From contig JALMLS010000122.1 in assembly GCA_038496445.1 (NCBI GenBank), positions 1 to 64,000 on the forward strand: 64,000 bases of DNA. Reading direction: 5' to 3'. The notes under the pieces were generated by a model. It saw nothing but the letters and a program-made list of their open reading frames with translations. It ran no database searches and had not been told where the DNA came from. Made by a program: the position numbers and the translations under genes. This document shows, piece after piece, positions 37,196-51,320 of the stretch. The stretch is from Trichosphaerium sp. ATCC 40318. Taxonomy: Eukaryota; Protista; Tubulinea. Each line of letters begins with the position of its first letter. Position 1 is the stretch's first letter.

Positions 37196-38181
37196 TTTTT
37201 ATCTTGTGAAATTTCTCCTACAAAATCATCAATTCTCCAAGAAAACCTACTTGCACGGTTCCTTGCATTTACGCTGTTTACATATTTAGAGCTCGTAAAT
37301 GCGCAACCATTAACCACTTTTAAATAAAAACAAGTTTATTAACGACCGTTTTGCGTACTTCGTTTACTTTTCTCGAATTCAGTGTACAAGGCATATGGGG
37401 CTCTTTTCGTACCCTACGGACCGTAGTAAGTACTCATGTGGATCTTTTGCAGCATTATCATCTAATGCGTACTGGAACGATTTAAAAACAGTCGGAAATG
37501 CGCACCGACGCCATTACATACCCTCAGTTGATGTTTATAAGCATTGCAATGAATTTGAGAGTATCTTTAGCAAAGAGAATTTTAACGTGCAATACGTACA
37601 ACAATGTTATCAACAGTTTTGGTAGTTTCACGAGTTTTCTAACTCAGGCCCATCCTGCAACAGAATTTTTGAAGAACGTCTGTGAAGAAATCTACTATGT
37701 GATCAAATTCTACCTTTGATATCCCCACGTTGAAAATACTCATTTTTTCCAAGCGAAATAAAAAGTAAGGTCATTCTGTGGTGGCAAACATCGATTTGAA
37801 TGCATAGACCGTCTGTTGCTGATTTTGGTTTTTTAGTTAAACAATTGCTAAAAAAACGTGTAGGCAAATGCGTACAGCGCCAGCACTTACATGTTTACAC
37901 TTTGAGGTAATCTACAATATAAATGCCTGTGTACAAGCACCAAGGCATTTATAACATTGCAGGTTCGCCAACAACTTCATGCAAATAAGTACATCATAGC
38001 GAGAAGGTTTCATTGTAACTGATACCAGAAACAAAGAGCACCAAACGGTACCAGCGTCAACAGATAGATACCATTCCAAGTAGATCACGCGTCTTCTTTG
38101 TTGTAACGAAAAAAAAAACTGAGAAAAGGCGTGAAAGAAAAAGTCTATTTTTACAAAGTTGGTTTTTATACAATTATTAAG

Positions 38182-39330
38182 TCAGTCGTCGTCTATTATT
38201 TCTAAAAATAATCGACAATTGCTTATCAACTCTGTCAAGGTTGATTTAGACATGTGTTGTCTCTCAAAAATGTGATTTAGCTCAAGTAATGAACCAAAAA
38301 CTGTTTTCGCACGCTCGAAAGTGTGCGCTCGAGCATTCGCTTTCAAATACTCTGAAACCACGAGCCACAGCCCCGACTCTAGTAACTTGTGCCATGCGCA
38401 CAAGTCACACTCTGCTACTATAGGCAGAAAAAAATTATTTACAATGTCTTGCTTGCCAGCAAGAACAATGCCTCGTAAGCTGAAGCATACTTTCTCCATC
38501 AATGATAGAGCCTCGCTGATTTCGTCAGCTTTGTATCCGCAAGAAGCAGGTAGAGTAATCTTCTCCATCACTTCCTCGACGCGTATACTAAAGAAAGTTA
38601 GAAATCGAGGAAACTACAAAAAAATAAATAGTGAAGCTAGTACGTACTCGGTCCTTACTGAAATCACCACAGGTGCTATAAATAAGAAATTAATCACAAA
38701 CGTTTTAGAACGAGTAGTGGTGAACGAACCTCGATAAGAAGGGCCGTTACAGAAAGGTTTTAGGAGCCCGACAAGTGCTTCTGCAGCTCGTATTAGGTGT
38801 CGAGGAGTTTGTCCCACAGCAAAAAGCTGTAGTTGCCTCTCTACCTCAGGGGAAAATATGAGGCTATAGTGCGCCCACTCGTCACGTAAGTGTGGCGACC
38901 ACTGGTGAAAAGAATACTCGCGCAGCCGTTCTGCTAGATGCGGGCATGCGACAGCATACAATCTTACGGAAAGATGCACCAGAATATGTGTAATCTTGTT
39001 TTGAAGGCGATCTACCTTATGAGCAAGCCGTTCGTCCTCTTCGCTAGGAGCAGAAATAAGTAATACACTTTAGACAATGCAGTGTGGTGGTAAAGCTTAC
39101 ACGCGTACCTGACAAAATATTCCCATGGGTATCTAAAACTTAGCCTTCGTGTGTTCTTCTTTAACGAAGGGTTCTTCTTTGACGAAGGGCTGCCAGATGG
39201 CTTTTTCTCTTGCCACTTGCGTCTCATTTCTGAATTATGGCATAATGCGGCTTAAGAACAAATACCAAAAATACCGCCGTACACCTGATTGTATCTCTTT
39301 GCTTAGTTTAAAAGTACAAAGCGCCACTAC
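38182..39330 (-). CDS. Hypothetical multi-exon protein (5' end uncertain)
   Basis: ORFs 39012-39227, 38614-38979 and 38182-38571 are flanked by GTACG donors and AG acceptors. Confidence 0.5.
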
Positions 39331-39597
39331 ATGCTGTTGAGTTTACAAAAAACCATTGTAGAGTATAACACCCGCGTCAAAGATTCGTTGCAAGCATATA
39401 GTAGTGTTTTCATCACTTTAAAACACTTTTGCCGGAAGTCGTTACAATTTTCACGTGCACTTTTAACAACATGCTAGCGGTGCTTTCAACCCATTTTAAT
39501 AGAAAGAAACGAGAGATAAATTTGAAAATGATTCTTTTTTCAACCGAGCGTTGAACTTAAAGTCAAATTAGCAACGCAACAGAGAAAACAACAAATC

Positions 39598-40240
39598 ATG
39601 TCTGAAAACAAAGTAAATACAAAAACCGCAACAACCAAGGCATACGGTATGCTTTACCCATTCACTCACTCTTTTAATACTTGTAGTCAAGCCTTTTTAC
39701 GTACACGTTTTGTCTTCGTTTAACCCGTCAGCAGAGACAGTCGGGTACGTTCCTTGTTTCAAGATACAACTCAAAACTAAACGTCTTTTTTTAGGAAGTG
39801 GGTACTACAAAAGCCATGGGAAATGGCACCAGGGCAACCATCATTGGTATGTTAACAATTACCCAACAAAACAAGAATCTCTTGACAGGTCAGTTTAACT
39901 TGTTTATTTTTAGCTTCTCAACCAGCGAACTAGACACGCTGGAATAAAGCTGTCATTTTGGATGAAAGCTGAAATTAACCGAGCGGTTAAAAAAGTTTTG
40001 TTCCAGTCATACAACTATGGCACGCCATACTGGATAAACTTCTTGGTAGACCATAAGCACGTATTGGACCATTACACGTTCAAAGAGATTATTTATATAA
40101 AGCAACAATTGAGATTTTTGCAAAGATCATCTCGAAAATTCAACTTAGTTGAATTTGATAACTCCGTAACCTATATTGTTCGGAAAGCGCGAAGAGGCGG
40201 GTTAAATTCAATTTTTTGTAAATTAGAGAAAAGGGAATGA
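39598..40240 (+). CDS. Hypothetical protein, 3 exons
   Basis: MSENKVNTKTATTKAY is joined by GT-AG introns to ORFs 39710-39898 and 39962-40240. Confidence 0.6.
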
Positions 40241-40289
40241 ATAAAAACTTAAGATTCCGTTATCGAATCAAGAACGATTTTATGTTGCA

Positions 40290-40490
40290 AAATTTCTGCT
40301 AATGTGTTTCTCTACGAGTACGTCTTTGATTCCTGAAGGAATGACACATTCAACAACTTGACAGGTGACCTCAAGGCGTGATACACTCTGACTGAGCTTG
40401 GTGCAGGTAGTCACATGAATACAGTGCGACTAAAAAACCGCTACCTACCATGAAAGGCACAGATTCCTAAAGGAAGATTAAAAAGGAACT
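40290..40490 (-). pseudogene. Decayed duplicate of the bZIP gene's last exon and acceptor
   Basis: Aligns with 41540-41725 (ESVPFMV...LEVTCQVV..VIPSG) but is frameshifted. Confidence 0.8.
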
Positions 40491-40517
40491 TAATAAATTA
40501 TGATCGAAATCAAATTG

Positions 40518-40755
40518 TTGTGAAAAAATACTCAACAAAAGTACGGAAATATTCGCAATCGATACTACTACGCGCGGAGAATCATTATCAGACATTTATT
40601 CAAGTATTCAGTATTTAATCGTCATCAAACAACCAAATCACTCTAAGCACTTTGGTACGCTCTCAAATTAGCTCATTTATAACAATCGGATGTATGAAAG
40701 GTGAATTTATCCGCAATCCGTGTTTTATTTCGTATTTTATTTTCCGAAAGTAGAA
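40518..40755. repeat. Dispersed ~235 bp repeat, copy 2
   Basis: Near-identical to 36483-36721. Confidence 0.9.
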
Positions 40756-40892
40756 GGTGGTACAAGGCTTTGGTGCTTAGCAGCATGTGTGCTTGCGGCC
40801 AGTCCCGCATAACCAGCTTCCCTAGAGCTTATCACCCAGCGAAGTGTGATAGTGGTGAACCTATCTCAGTACCGGGAGGGTAACTTTTTTTT
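40756..40892 (+). ncRNA. Candidate small structured RNA
   Basis: GC-rich, multi-stem, closed by GGTAC/GTACC and followed by T8. Confidence 0.3.
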
Positions 40893-41487
40893 CAATCAAA
40901 GTGGTTGTAAAAAGTGTGCCTTGTAGTGCTATCAACAAATAAATAAGTACTCCACTCTAACCCACAGATATGACGGTACCATTATTTAAGGCCATGGAAC
41001 TTTTATACGGGCACTAATCCGAGAAAACTGTTGTAGTACTAACTAACTCGTAGCAATACCACTCTTAATTAGTAGGACAGCACATTGATACACATTGACA
41101 CTGTCAATAGTTTATGCTCGCATTTACAACAAGCTCTCAGGGTTTTAAGATAATTATGCGTAGCTTTCTTAGCCTAACACATTGTACATACTCGGTGTCA
41201 TTTGTTGTACGACGGCACAACGGAAATAGTCACCATCGATCCTAACGTGCTTAGAACAACTAAACGACTAGTTATTTAAGTAGTTTACTCAGTCACCGAA
41301 CGGCAAACAAATTTTTTTTTTGAGAAACGTTTGTCCAACTACACGTTGTTCTAACCTTAAAAAACTAGATAGGTAATAAACAGTCAGAATATGGTAAGGT
41401 AATTTATTTTTGTACAATTAAAAGCCGCACGAAGAAAGGGGCTTTAAAAAAAAGAAGCGCTGATCGATTTTCTGATTTAAAATCGTG

Positions 41488-44274
41488 TTAAGATATTTTC
41501 TTAACAACGCCAGCGGCATTTGCGTTCCTACTACGAGTAGATGTTGTGCGTCTTTGGGAGTTTCCTGAAGGAATAACAGATACATCAACGACTTGACAGG
41601 TGACTTCAAGTAGTGATTCGCTCTCTGATTGAGCGTTTGGTGCAGGTGATCCGAATGAATCTGGTGGGATCAAAAACGCGACCATGAAAGGCGCAGATTC
41701 CTAAAGAAAAGATTAAATAAGTAACAAAGAAAATTAAATAAAATATATCATCAACGTACGTCAACTTCGACAGTAGGTGGTGGTGTGATTTGTTGAACAT
41801 CAGCGCACATAAGATACGTTGTGTTTGGTTTCCAATGTTGTATTTGAGGTTGTGCGTTTGGTGAGGAACTCAATACTTGTACAGGGGATGCATCAGCCAT
41901 ATGAGATGGTTTGGTGAGTGGACGAGTCTATAAGACGTAACGTAAGCAAGGTGACAACAAATGAAACAAAATATTTTTGTTCGACTATTCCTTTACGTAC
42001 GTCATGATCTACAATATTCATGGCGCTTGCGTCACGCTTTATCTTTGGCTTGGTGGTTACGCTTTCGAGTTTTACTTTCGAGAGGTCTACGTGATGATCA
42101 ATCTCCATAAAGTCGACATTTGTGTTTTCTTCTGAAGGCCTAGACCGATGTATCGCTTTCATCCGACGCGCTGTTTCCTCACGGTCAGGCTCTGTTAATT
42201 GAGTAATAGAGTCTTTTTTGGCTCTCTTCTCGTTGATGGAGAGGATATGGCGCGAGCCAGTCGACGCAGGGAGGATCTAGATACATTTTTAGACGATTTG
42301 TGATAGAATAGGAAGTAAAAAACTTCGCGTAGTGGCAAGAAAAAGAATTCCAGCAGGCGAACCAATTAAAACGAATACATACCTGAGGGACCTGTTCACG
42401 ATGAACATGATTCGACAACTGGCCATTCGACCAAAAGAGCCCAAAGGAAAAGAGCACTAACATGAGACATACGCTTGCTGCTTTTATGTTTCCAGAGGTT
42501 AGGTTTTCCTTTGCAGTTCCTTGAAGGTAATTTATACCTGGAGACACGTCAGCACTTATGAAAAAAATGAATATTCACCAAAAAAAAAAAACCGCCTGTT
42601 TGAACTGTAGTTCTCTTGAGATAAAGAAAATAAAACCCAAAACCATCTATTATTGTTTTAAAACGTACCAGTGTACACGGCATTCAATCCGCGGTTCTTT
42701 TTAATGACGCCTTGCAAATAGGCGACTTCTTGACGTAATTGACCACTTTGCTCGCGTACTGTAAATAACTCTGTCTTTAAAGCCTACAATAATTATTTTA
42801 GTACCAACAGGGCCAAGGTCACGTAAAAAAAAATAGATTCTCCGACGATGTGCACGAAAAACCTGAAAAAAAAAAACTAAAGACATCACTTCGTTTTTGT
42901 GTCGTTCCAATACGATTGTTTCAATCAACATACCTGATTATCAGACGTTAGTTGTGCTACTTTCTCTTCCAATTGCTCGATATAATCTTTTCGGCGTTGA
43001 CGTGACTGTTGGGCCGACTCACGGTTTTTAATCAAACGCCGTTGACGTTTTAATTCCCGTTGTTCATCAGATGTAAGGTCTCGCTTCTCCTATTGGGTAA
43101 CAATAAGCAAAAAAAATAAAAACACGAGAAAGAAACGTTTTATAAAGCATCACTACGCTTGATACATTAAAAATAATAATATTAGGCGATGTGTTGGAAA
43201 AAGCGAAAAAACTTCGGAAAAAACGAACACCAACCCGGTAGTTATCAAAAAACACCTTAGAGAAATAAAAGGTGCTAATTATAAAGAGTACAATGAAGTT
43301 GAGCAAATGATAAAAACGATTCAGTTTAGCGCTATTAGTACAAAAACAAAAAACACATTCTTTCACAAAACCACTTTACGAGTTGCTAGCGCGCGATATA
43401 AAATAATAAAAACACCAAAAGATGGCCACCCAATTAAGAAGACGGGTTTTTTTTAGTTTTTTTTTTTTGGAGCGTAAAAAAAATGTAGCCAGTAAAAATG
43501 GCTTTTGTTGTACGTACTTGTACTTTAGATATATATTGATCAAATTCATTGCTCCGTAGAGCCAATAGTGCCTGTCTTGAAAGGATAACAGATTTATTAT
43601 CCGCTGGTTCTGGTAAGGATATTTGGCTTGCTTTGCGCTTGCGTTTATTTGGTTTACGTTTTGCTCTGAAATAAAAATAAGTTTATTATTTGCTTGATTT
43701 GTAAAAGCGACTCCAAGTCTACTTTGAACTGATATTTATGTACCTGATAACTGTTTTTGTAGTTTTTGCAACTTTAGCTACGGGTTTAGGCGTGGGTGTT
43801 GGTGCTGGTTTACGTTCTACCTTAATTACGGCTGCTGGAACAGCTACAGGTATTGGTGCTGTTACTGGAATGCCTAGGCAATGAGTTTAATGAAAACCCA
43901 CTATGGGAAAGGGACTTTTCGGTTGAGGTATAGAGTGGCGTACCTTGCACTACTATTGGTGCTCTAGGCGGTGGTTCATCGGTTGTAACATCCATGCAGT
44001 TAAAGTCGAAGCTTTCGTCGTTTGGGTTAAAATCACTCATCATGTTATCCAAAGCTGGTGCATTGAGAGGGTCGATCGTTTCATCAAAGCATGAAGTAGC
44101 GTCTTCAGATAAAACGTCATAGTATGAAAAGGAGCCATCTGGCGAGAGAGGTGGCGTCTCGGTTGCTGTTGTGCTACTTTCAGGCGAAGAAGGCACAGCC
44201 AATTGGTTTGGAAATTGTAGACCTGAGTTCTGGTACTCAGGCGTGAGAAACTGGTTTATTAAATCCACGTTCAT
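41488..44274 (-). CDS. Membrane-tethered bZIP transcription factor (ATF6/bZIP28-like), multi-exon
   Basis: KRQRRLIKNRESAQQSRQRRKDYIEQLEEKV bZIP, TM segment AASVCLMLVLFSFGLFW, luminal RHIL and C-terminal LLEVTCQVVD. Confidence 0.85.
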
Positions 44275-44729
44275 TTGTTACGTAGAATTTTGCTTTTAGA
44301 ACTTTCTTGCCCTTCACTTCCTTTTAAATTTTTTTGTGTTTTGGTAAAAATCACTTAAATTAAGAAATTCATGCTTACTTATCACGCGTAGAGATACATC
44401 TTTCATCTTTATCCTTTCCGGTCTCGATTAGTTGTATCTAACGGCAAGCAAATATTTGGGGAAAAACGGTTCGTTGGATTTTTCATCCAGTTGTCTCGTA
44501 GTGCTTGCTTTAGCGTCGTGTATCTTTTTTTGATCATACAAGAAGATACGTTGTCAAGCATAATTTTCCGGTGTGTATGGAGTGGAGCGAATGGTGGTTA
44601 CTGTTCCTCGAGAGGATGTTTGGCGCTTTGCAGCCGCGTTTAAGCGAAATACCCGTGTGCAGCAAAGGTCAACGTAATTTTCGGGTTGAAGATTTTTTTA
44701 TTCAACGATCCAAAAGCAGTTAAACCACT

Positions 44730-46705
44730 ATGCGATCACTAGTACAGCGATACAGTCACAATCGGAGCCAGGAAGGCAATAGCAGATACAACAAGCGCCG
44801 TTACCAAGCTAAAACGCAGAGAAGGACTGCATACACTAATTTTGTACCCAGCAAGGAGACTGTTGGTCCTATAGGGCCTTATTTAATTGGTATGAGCGAA
44901 TTTCTCTTATACTCGCTTATCCTCCCCCATAGCGATGGCTGGCGCTGCCACAGCTTATTGGGCGTACCAACAATGGGCACACAACACAAATTTGCTGCGT
45001 AGAAAGAGTAAAGAGTTTGTAATGGCTCGTGCGGTCGATAAAATGATAGAGGTGCGTAGTTAGCGTTTATTTTTAGCTCTAACGTTAACGCTTATTTTTT
45101 GTTCAGCCATACATTCCCTGGGCCAAGTTTTCAGGAGAGTTTGCAGAGCACGTATACGTGAAGCGTAGAGATGTCGATAGTCAACTTATACAGGCAATTG
45201 ATTGTCAAAGTGAAGCATACACTATTGTACTAGGCCCACGTAACGCTGGTAAAACGTACGTATCTTGAAGGTGTCAAAAACAACTTTTTTTTGATCTTCT
45301 TACTTGCCTTCTTTCCTCACCGCGCTGCGAGCTTTGCGCTCTTATGTAATCCTTGCTCTTCTCTTTGTTTTGTCAGTTTGTAATACTAATGTGTCACGTG
45401 TTTAGAACAGCACTCAATGAGCTCCTTGATTCTCGAAAAGGTGTTGTTGTAGTAGATGTCAAAACTGGAAGAAATCCAACTCCTGTAGAGTGGCTAGTGC
45501 TTGATAAACTTGGTGTATCCCAAGTACATATTAATAATGGTAAGCGCTACTTTTCATGACATGTTAGTAAGTGCTGATGAACCCCTTTATTTAGAGCACG
45601 CTGATCCTGATGCTTATTTTATTGAAATTTGTCAAAAAGTAATAGAAGGTCTTCAACAACAGCATGAAGAGGACCCAAATGACCCAGGAATAACAGGTTA
45701 GTGTAATGGGATGTTGTATTATTATCTTTCGTACTTATTTCTTTACAGGCGCTCATCAGAGACCAGTTGTTTGGCTTGAAGTACACCAAGATATTCAAGA
45801 AGATTATTTTGTTTCAATTATGGACTGGGCTAAAACTGTTGGATGTGATGCTGGTATAGCTAATGTAATAATTAACGTTGGTTCTCGTAAGATGGCTGGT
45901 ATATTATCACATAATCATGGTACATTAAAATCCCGTGCTGTTTATCTGACTAACTTGCTTTGAAGACTCACGAAGAAGATTTATTTATGTCGAACCATTT
46001 ACAATAGAAGATGCAGAAATATATCTTGATAATCTAGAGAAGCGTGGACATCGTACTCTTCATCGTGATGGGGTTTTCTCTAAACTTGGAACATTGCCAG
46101 GTACACCGCATCAACGAGTAATGAAATGGAGTTTAATAATTGTAATTTTAGGTGATTTATATGCTGTTGTTGCTGGTAGTGCAGCACCTCTTGATGAGAC
46201 AGAATATATTGAAGGTAACGTTGTAGAGAGAGTGGATATAATAATAATCATTTTTTAGGTGAACTTAATGATGCTTGTGCGGCAGTATCCGATTCATTGA
46301 GATCAGAACCAAGACTTCTCACAGTCTATCAGTACGAAAAAGTTCTTTGTTTTTTTCTATTGTTGGTTACCAACGCTTTTTAATTATAGAGCGCTCTTGC
46401 ATCAAGAAGAAAAATATCTTGTTTCAAAGCACGGTATAGATGGTCACTTGATCAGTGGTAAAGAACCACCATGTAAAGGACTGAAAACGAAGTTTGCTTC
46501 AGATATTTCTGGACTTATGACTGAACAAATTGCCGTTGCCATTCAACATTATGAGACGCTCACTTTTGATCCTCAAAAACCGCGTCATGTTCGCTTCCCT
46601 TCTCAAAAACAACGCTTAGCTACTTATATGGTATTAAAAGAGGATTGGGTGCAAGCATTAGCAGAAGAAAAAGATGTTAATGTCTTTGAATTTACTCATC
46701 ATTAA
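44730..46705 (+). CDS. P-loop ATPase with N-terminal hydrophobic segment, multi-exon
   Basis: Spliced model gives YTIVLGPRNAGKT (Walker A), preceded by YVKRRDVDSQL, with later RRRFIYVEPFTIEDAEIYL. Start uncertain. Confidence 0.7.
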
Positions 46706-48095
46706 TTGTATTACATCTAAATAAATTCAATGCTGTACTACTTTGACTTTATCTTGCTCACAAGGGATATAGTGGTTTCACCAACTGCGTTTAGTATACA
46801 GACATTACTTTATGAGAATACAAGTATGTCTGAACATAGCGGTTTACCCTTTGCTAATATTCAACTTTTGCAATGATGACTTTATTGTTGCCTGTGTTAA
46901 CACAACAATTGTCTATTGCTGTCGACAATGATCAGTTTACATAGTGTTTGAGTTGAATTGATTGTATGCAGCGGATAATTTGAGACAATCTGAAGTAATA
47001 GGCGGAGATACCAAGAAAGAGTGTATGAATTAAAAGAATGAATATGTGATGTGAATTCAAAGTTGGTTCAGTACACGTTGTCTTTAGGGTTTGTTAAATG
47101 AACCGGCTTACTTTATTGTAGACAAGGAACAGAAGCTTTTGCTATCCTCCTACAGCCAATTACTTAAAAGTAACTCCTGCTTGCTAGTTTTGAAATGTAT
47201 AATAAAAGCATGTACAGTTGTTCCCCTTGTAAATACTTTAGTTTTTTTTGTCTACTACTTTCCTTCTTATATTTTTCTGTGCTATCTACTACCATAGTCA
47301 CGTTTAACTTTACGTATTGTTTCGTACATTGTACAAGCAAGAAAAAAGGTTGGTAAGGAATAACAGTTAGGAAATACCATACGGGAGTAGTTACAGAGTA
47401 TCACATAACGAAATATTACTAGAATAAGTTGACAGGTACGTCTCCATTGTTGGTTCCGCTGCCTATCGAGAGTAACGTGCAGATGTACCTAAAAGCACAA
47501 AGAACTAGCAACGGATAAAATCACAGTTGGCGAGATAACTATGGGGTTTATCCTTGTCCGAAAACCGAAATGGTTGCGAATCAAGCAATTCTATCTTTGA
47601 CAAGTGCTATCAATTGCTTACCTATTCAATACGATTAGGCTACAGATATATGTACTTTCGGTTTTGTGTTATAAAACCGACGTTGTATATTTTGCCATCC
47701 TACCAAGCACTATGAATGTGGCTAGTTGATATTCAGAGATGCAAATATGATGATTATTTTTAAAGTGAACTCATCCGAGACCGAAAACCATTATCTACTT
47801 GTATCTGGATTTGATGGGCAAGGAAATACTAACAGACTAGTTCATCTCATATTTACGTGACAAACTTGGCACATGACTGAAACTCATTTCATAACCGAGA
47901 AGATAACTGAAGAAGTACTTATGCTAGTAGTTATAGTTGTGTCTCACATGGCATACCAATACCTAACAGGTGAGCATCGTATGAGCAAAAGTGTATGTAC
48001 AGGAAAACTCTGTTTCCCACAAGAACATGCGTAAACTTTTGAGAAAATATGTGAATCAGTTCAAACGCATTGTACATAATTACTAAAACCAAACC

Positions 48096-50252
48096 ATGAA
48101 GCTCGTACTTGTAATTTTATTCGCCGTAGCTGCAACCAGCGTTCTGGCTATAAACTTACAAATCCCTATCACGTGTAATTTCTTCATCGCTACAACAGGA
48201 AATGACACTCTAGTACGTCTCCATGCACTACATGCATCCTTACAGTATTAATAAAGGGAAATGGAACAAAACAAGCACCTTACCTTACTATGGAACCAAT
48301 ATCAAATAAAACAAGCGATATAAGATGTCAAGGAGGCGCTCAGTCCGCTTGTAACGTTTGTTACCAAGGTATTCTCTTTCCTACTCAAAACGTTGTTTTC
48401 GAAGTTTTTTCGATGCCTTTTAACAGTTTACCAAGGTGGTACTTATCCAGAAGTGTCTAGTCCCACCATGTGGAACACTACGGCAAGAGGTATCTTACAC
48501 GTGCTCAGAAACGATTGGGACAATGTAACACGATCCAAACCTAATTGTGGCTCTATTTGTGTGGTACGGCACTAAACGAAGTACAGCACACTAAAATTAC
48601 ATAGATTATTTTTGGCAAACCTTCTGCAACTGTCGTCATTGACGGATTTGCCGGAGGTATTGTATTACAACATACTGAAGCATATATAAGCAATAGTGAC
48701 TTTACAGATGTCGGTTCAAAAGAACGCACGTGATGAAAAAACAGTTTTAGTTTTCGGGTATTTTACACGTTCGCTTACGCTTACGTCGCTGTAGTGACTT
48801 CATTTTCAAGTTCTGTCACTATTGATGAAAGTACTTTTGAAGGTGATTCTTTAACCTCTGCAAGCGGACACTCGCTTATGATAAAAAACGTCAAATGGAC
48901 CAATGTGGCTCCATCACAGATAATAGGTACTTAATTGCACTGAAACAAAAACTTATTCATTGCAACCTAACTAGTTTTTAGCAACCTCTATCACACTGGC
49001 GAATAGTACACTTTCTGTTAACGGAGTGAACAACTCTTTAGTATTGGGTTCTACAAATGTCCTCGATATTGTAGTACAAAATAACACGTTTTCTGGATGT
49101 GACATTTACAAAAAAGATGCTGTACTGTGAATTTTGTATCATTATACCATACACTCTTACTGACTGTTTGAAGGGATGTTTATCACTCATTACATACAGT
49201 GCAGGCTTTAACTTTCGAATAAGTGATAATGAGTTTTCTGGAACAGGATCGTATATTCACACTTCCTGGAACTACGACAGTGGAAGCATTGAAGTTTCTC
49301 GAAACACTTTCGGAGAAACAGTACTAACAAAGTTACACTGACGTATTTATTTAACAGTATACTACAGAAACGTGATATCATCACTACAAAAGCAACACTG
49401 TATAACGACTTGAAGAATGTGATGAACATATTTAATATTCATGACAACACAATGAAGGGGTCTCCACGTACGACACCAAATGCTTTTTTTTCCAAGTCCT
49501 TTTTGACATTTTGTTTAAGAGGAATGTGAACCTGGAAATGTAGCTTACAAAAATATCATCAATTGCTTGCCTTGCTTTAACGGAACATATGCAAATGATA
49601 CAACACAGCCTGAATGTACACTATGCCCAAGAGGAAGTGCGAATAATAAACAAGGACAAAGTCAGTGTCCACTTTGTCAAGCTGGCTATTTTACAAACTC
49701 AACGTAAGTTTGATTCTTGATGTCAAGATCATCTAATGAACTCCTAGAGGTCAAGACTTTTGTGAATCTTGCCCTTACGCTCTTTATTCGCTTCCAGGAT
49801 CAGCAAAGTGCTCTGCATGCGATCCAGGCTCTATCAGAACAGTAAACAAGGATGGCTGCATTTTGGTAAACCAATTCTTTAACTGAACTATCAGCGCTAA
49901 TTGAAACACCCTAGTGCTCAGCAGGAACTTACCAAACTGGAGGAATATGCTTTTCGTGTACTATTTTAACATCTAGAGAAGGATCTACAACATGTCAAAT
50001 TGGTATGTGATAATTCTCAAAAAATTCTAATAGTGTGCTAACTTTGTTCTTCAAGTACCTTGGTATCTATATGTCGCTGGTGGTGCTTTCATAGGGCTAA
50101 TCATTCTCCTTATAGGTAGGTTTTAGCTTATCAAAAACTAAAACAAAGCGAAATGTTAACTTGTGTACTAATTTTTTTCTGAAACAACAGTAATTGTCAT
50201 TATCATTCGTTGTGTTCGGGGAAAGAAGAGTAGGTATCAAGAAGTAAACTGA
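48096..50252 (+). CDS. Type-I membrane protein: signal peptide, beta-helix-like region, Cys-rich (CxxCxxG) repeats, TM; copy 1
   Basis: MKLVLVILFAVAATSVLA, CLPCFNGTY, CTLCPRGS, CPLCQAGYF, then a TM segment followed by a basic tail. Confidence 0.8.
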
Positions 50253-50849
50253 TCAGTTCTTTTTGCTTAAGATATCAAGTGAATAACGTTTCGATGTTGT
50301 TTTGTGTTTACATTAATAAAAGAATGTTCTCGACATTGTCATTTGAATAGAAATTTTGTTACATCAATACTTACTCAAATTGAATGATATTTGGTCCATT
50401 TTTCCCAGTACTAAGGTAATACTATAAGTTCTTGCAATAGGGTAAATGGTCAAGGCTAAAGTACTTTACCCACGTGAACAGTCACTCTAGATAATATAAA
50501 CTATTTACAAATCAGTTCACCCGTAAATGGACTGACGAAACAAAAGAGCTGCTACAGTCGACAATGTCAAAATAGCACATAGCAGAATATTGTTAAAACG
50601 TGTTAGAGTTGTTACACTTAGTCTATCAGCGACAACCGTATCGGGAACTATGGGAGGAACTTACAATGGTAGTGGTGAAACTGCCCAATTTGCAACACAA
50701 TCAAGGTATTGATTTGCGGCATAACAGGTGCAGGAGTGGTTAACTCATGATGCCAGAAGTAAAATGAATCATTCTAAGTTCGTTTTGAATTTGTTCTTGC
50801 ATTGTACACCGTCAAGTGCAGATATAAACTAGATATCAAAAAAGTAAGA

Positions 50850-51040
50850 AACTATGCTTCTTTTTTCTTTGTTTGACACTTCAGTAACAGTGAAGGTGAT
50901 ATAGCGCGGAAAGGAGTTCATACTATTTACCTCAATTCCACTCCACCTCAATTACTGATAATGGTGTTAACATGCTTATTGGAGATCATATTGGCCTAAA
51001 TGGCACCTCAGTGACTGATGAATGAGTCAAGGCACACAAT
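50850..51040 (+). pseudogene. Decayed LRR-family fragment
   Basis: Degenerate KGVHTIYLNST, SITDNGV and LNGTSVTDE* units. Confidence 0.7.
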
Positions 51041-51320
51041 AAACCTTAGCACTTTGTATATAATACCTGTATGCAATCTCTTCGAGGTGTTCTTGATTTG
51101 TGTGATCATCCTGCTATACATAGTGTTCGATCTGAAGAAACTGGATTTTTTATAAAAGTCAGTCTGGCTGAAAAATTGAATGAAACAGACAATCTTGCCC
51201 ACTCATTAGCTTATAATAATTACTAACGAACATACTAAGTATTAAACAACTGATTCTTGTATTATTACGACCGCGTATGTTGTATTTGACACGTGTTCTA
51301 GCACAAGAAATACAGAGTGT

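Noticed and set aside
37300-38100. Possible gene between the RNA candidate and the 38.2 kb gene
   Set aside because: Only short broken frames; no model could be supported.
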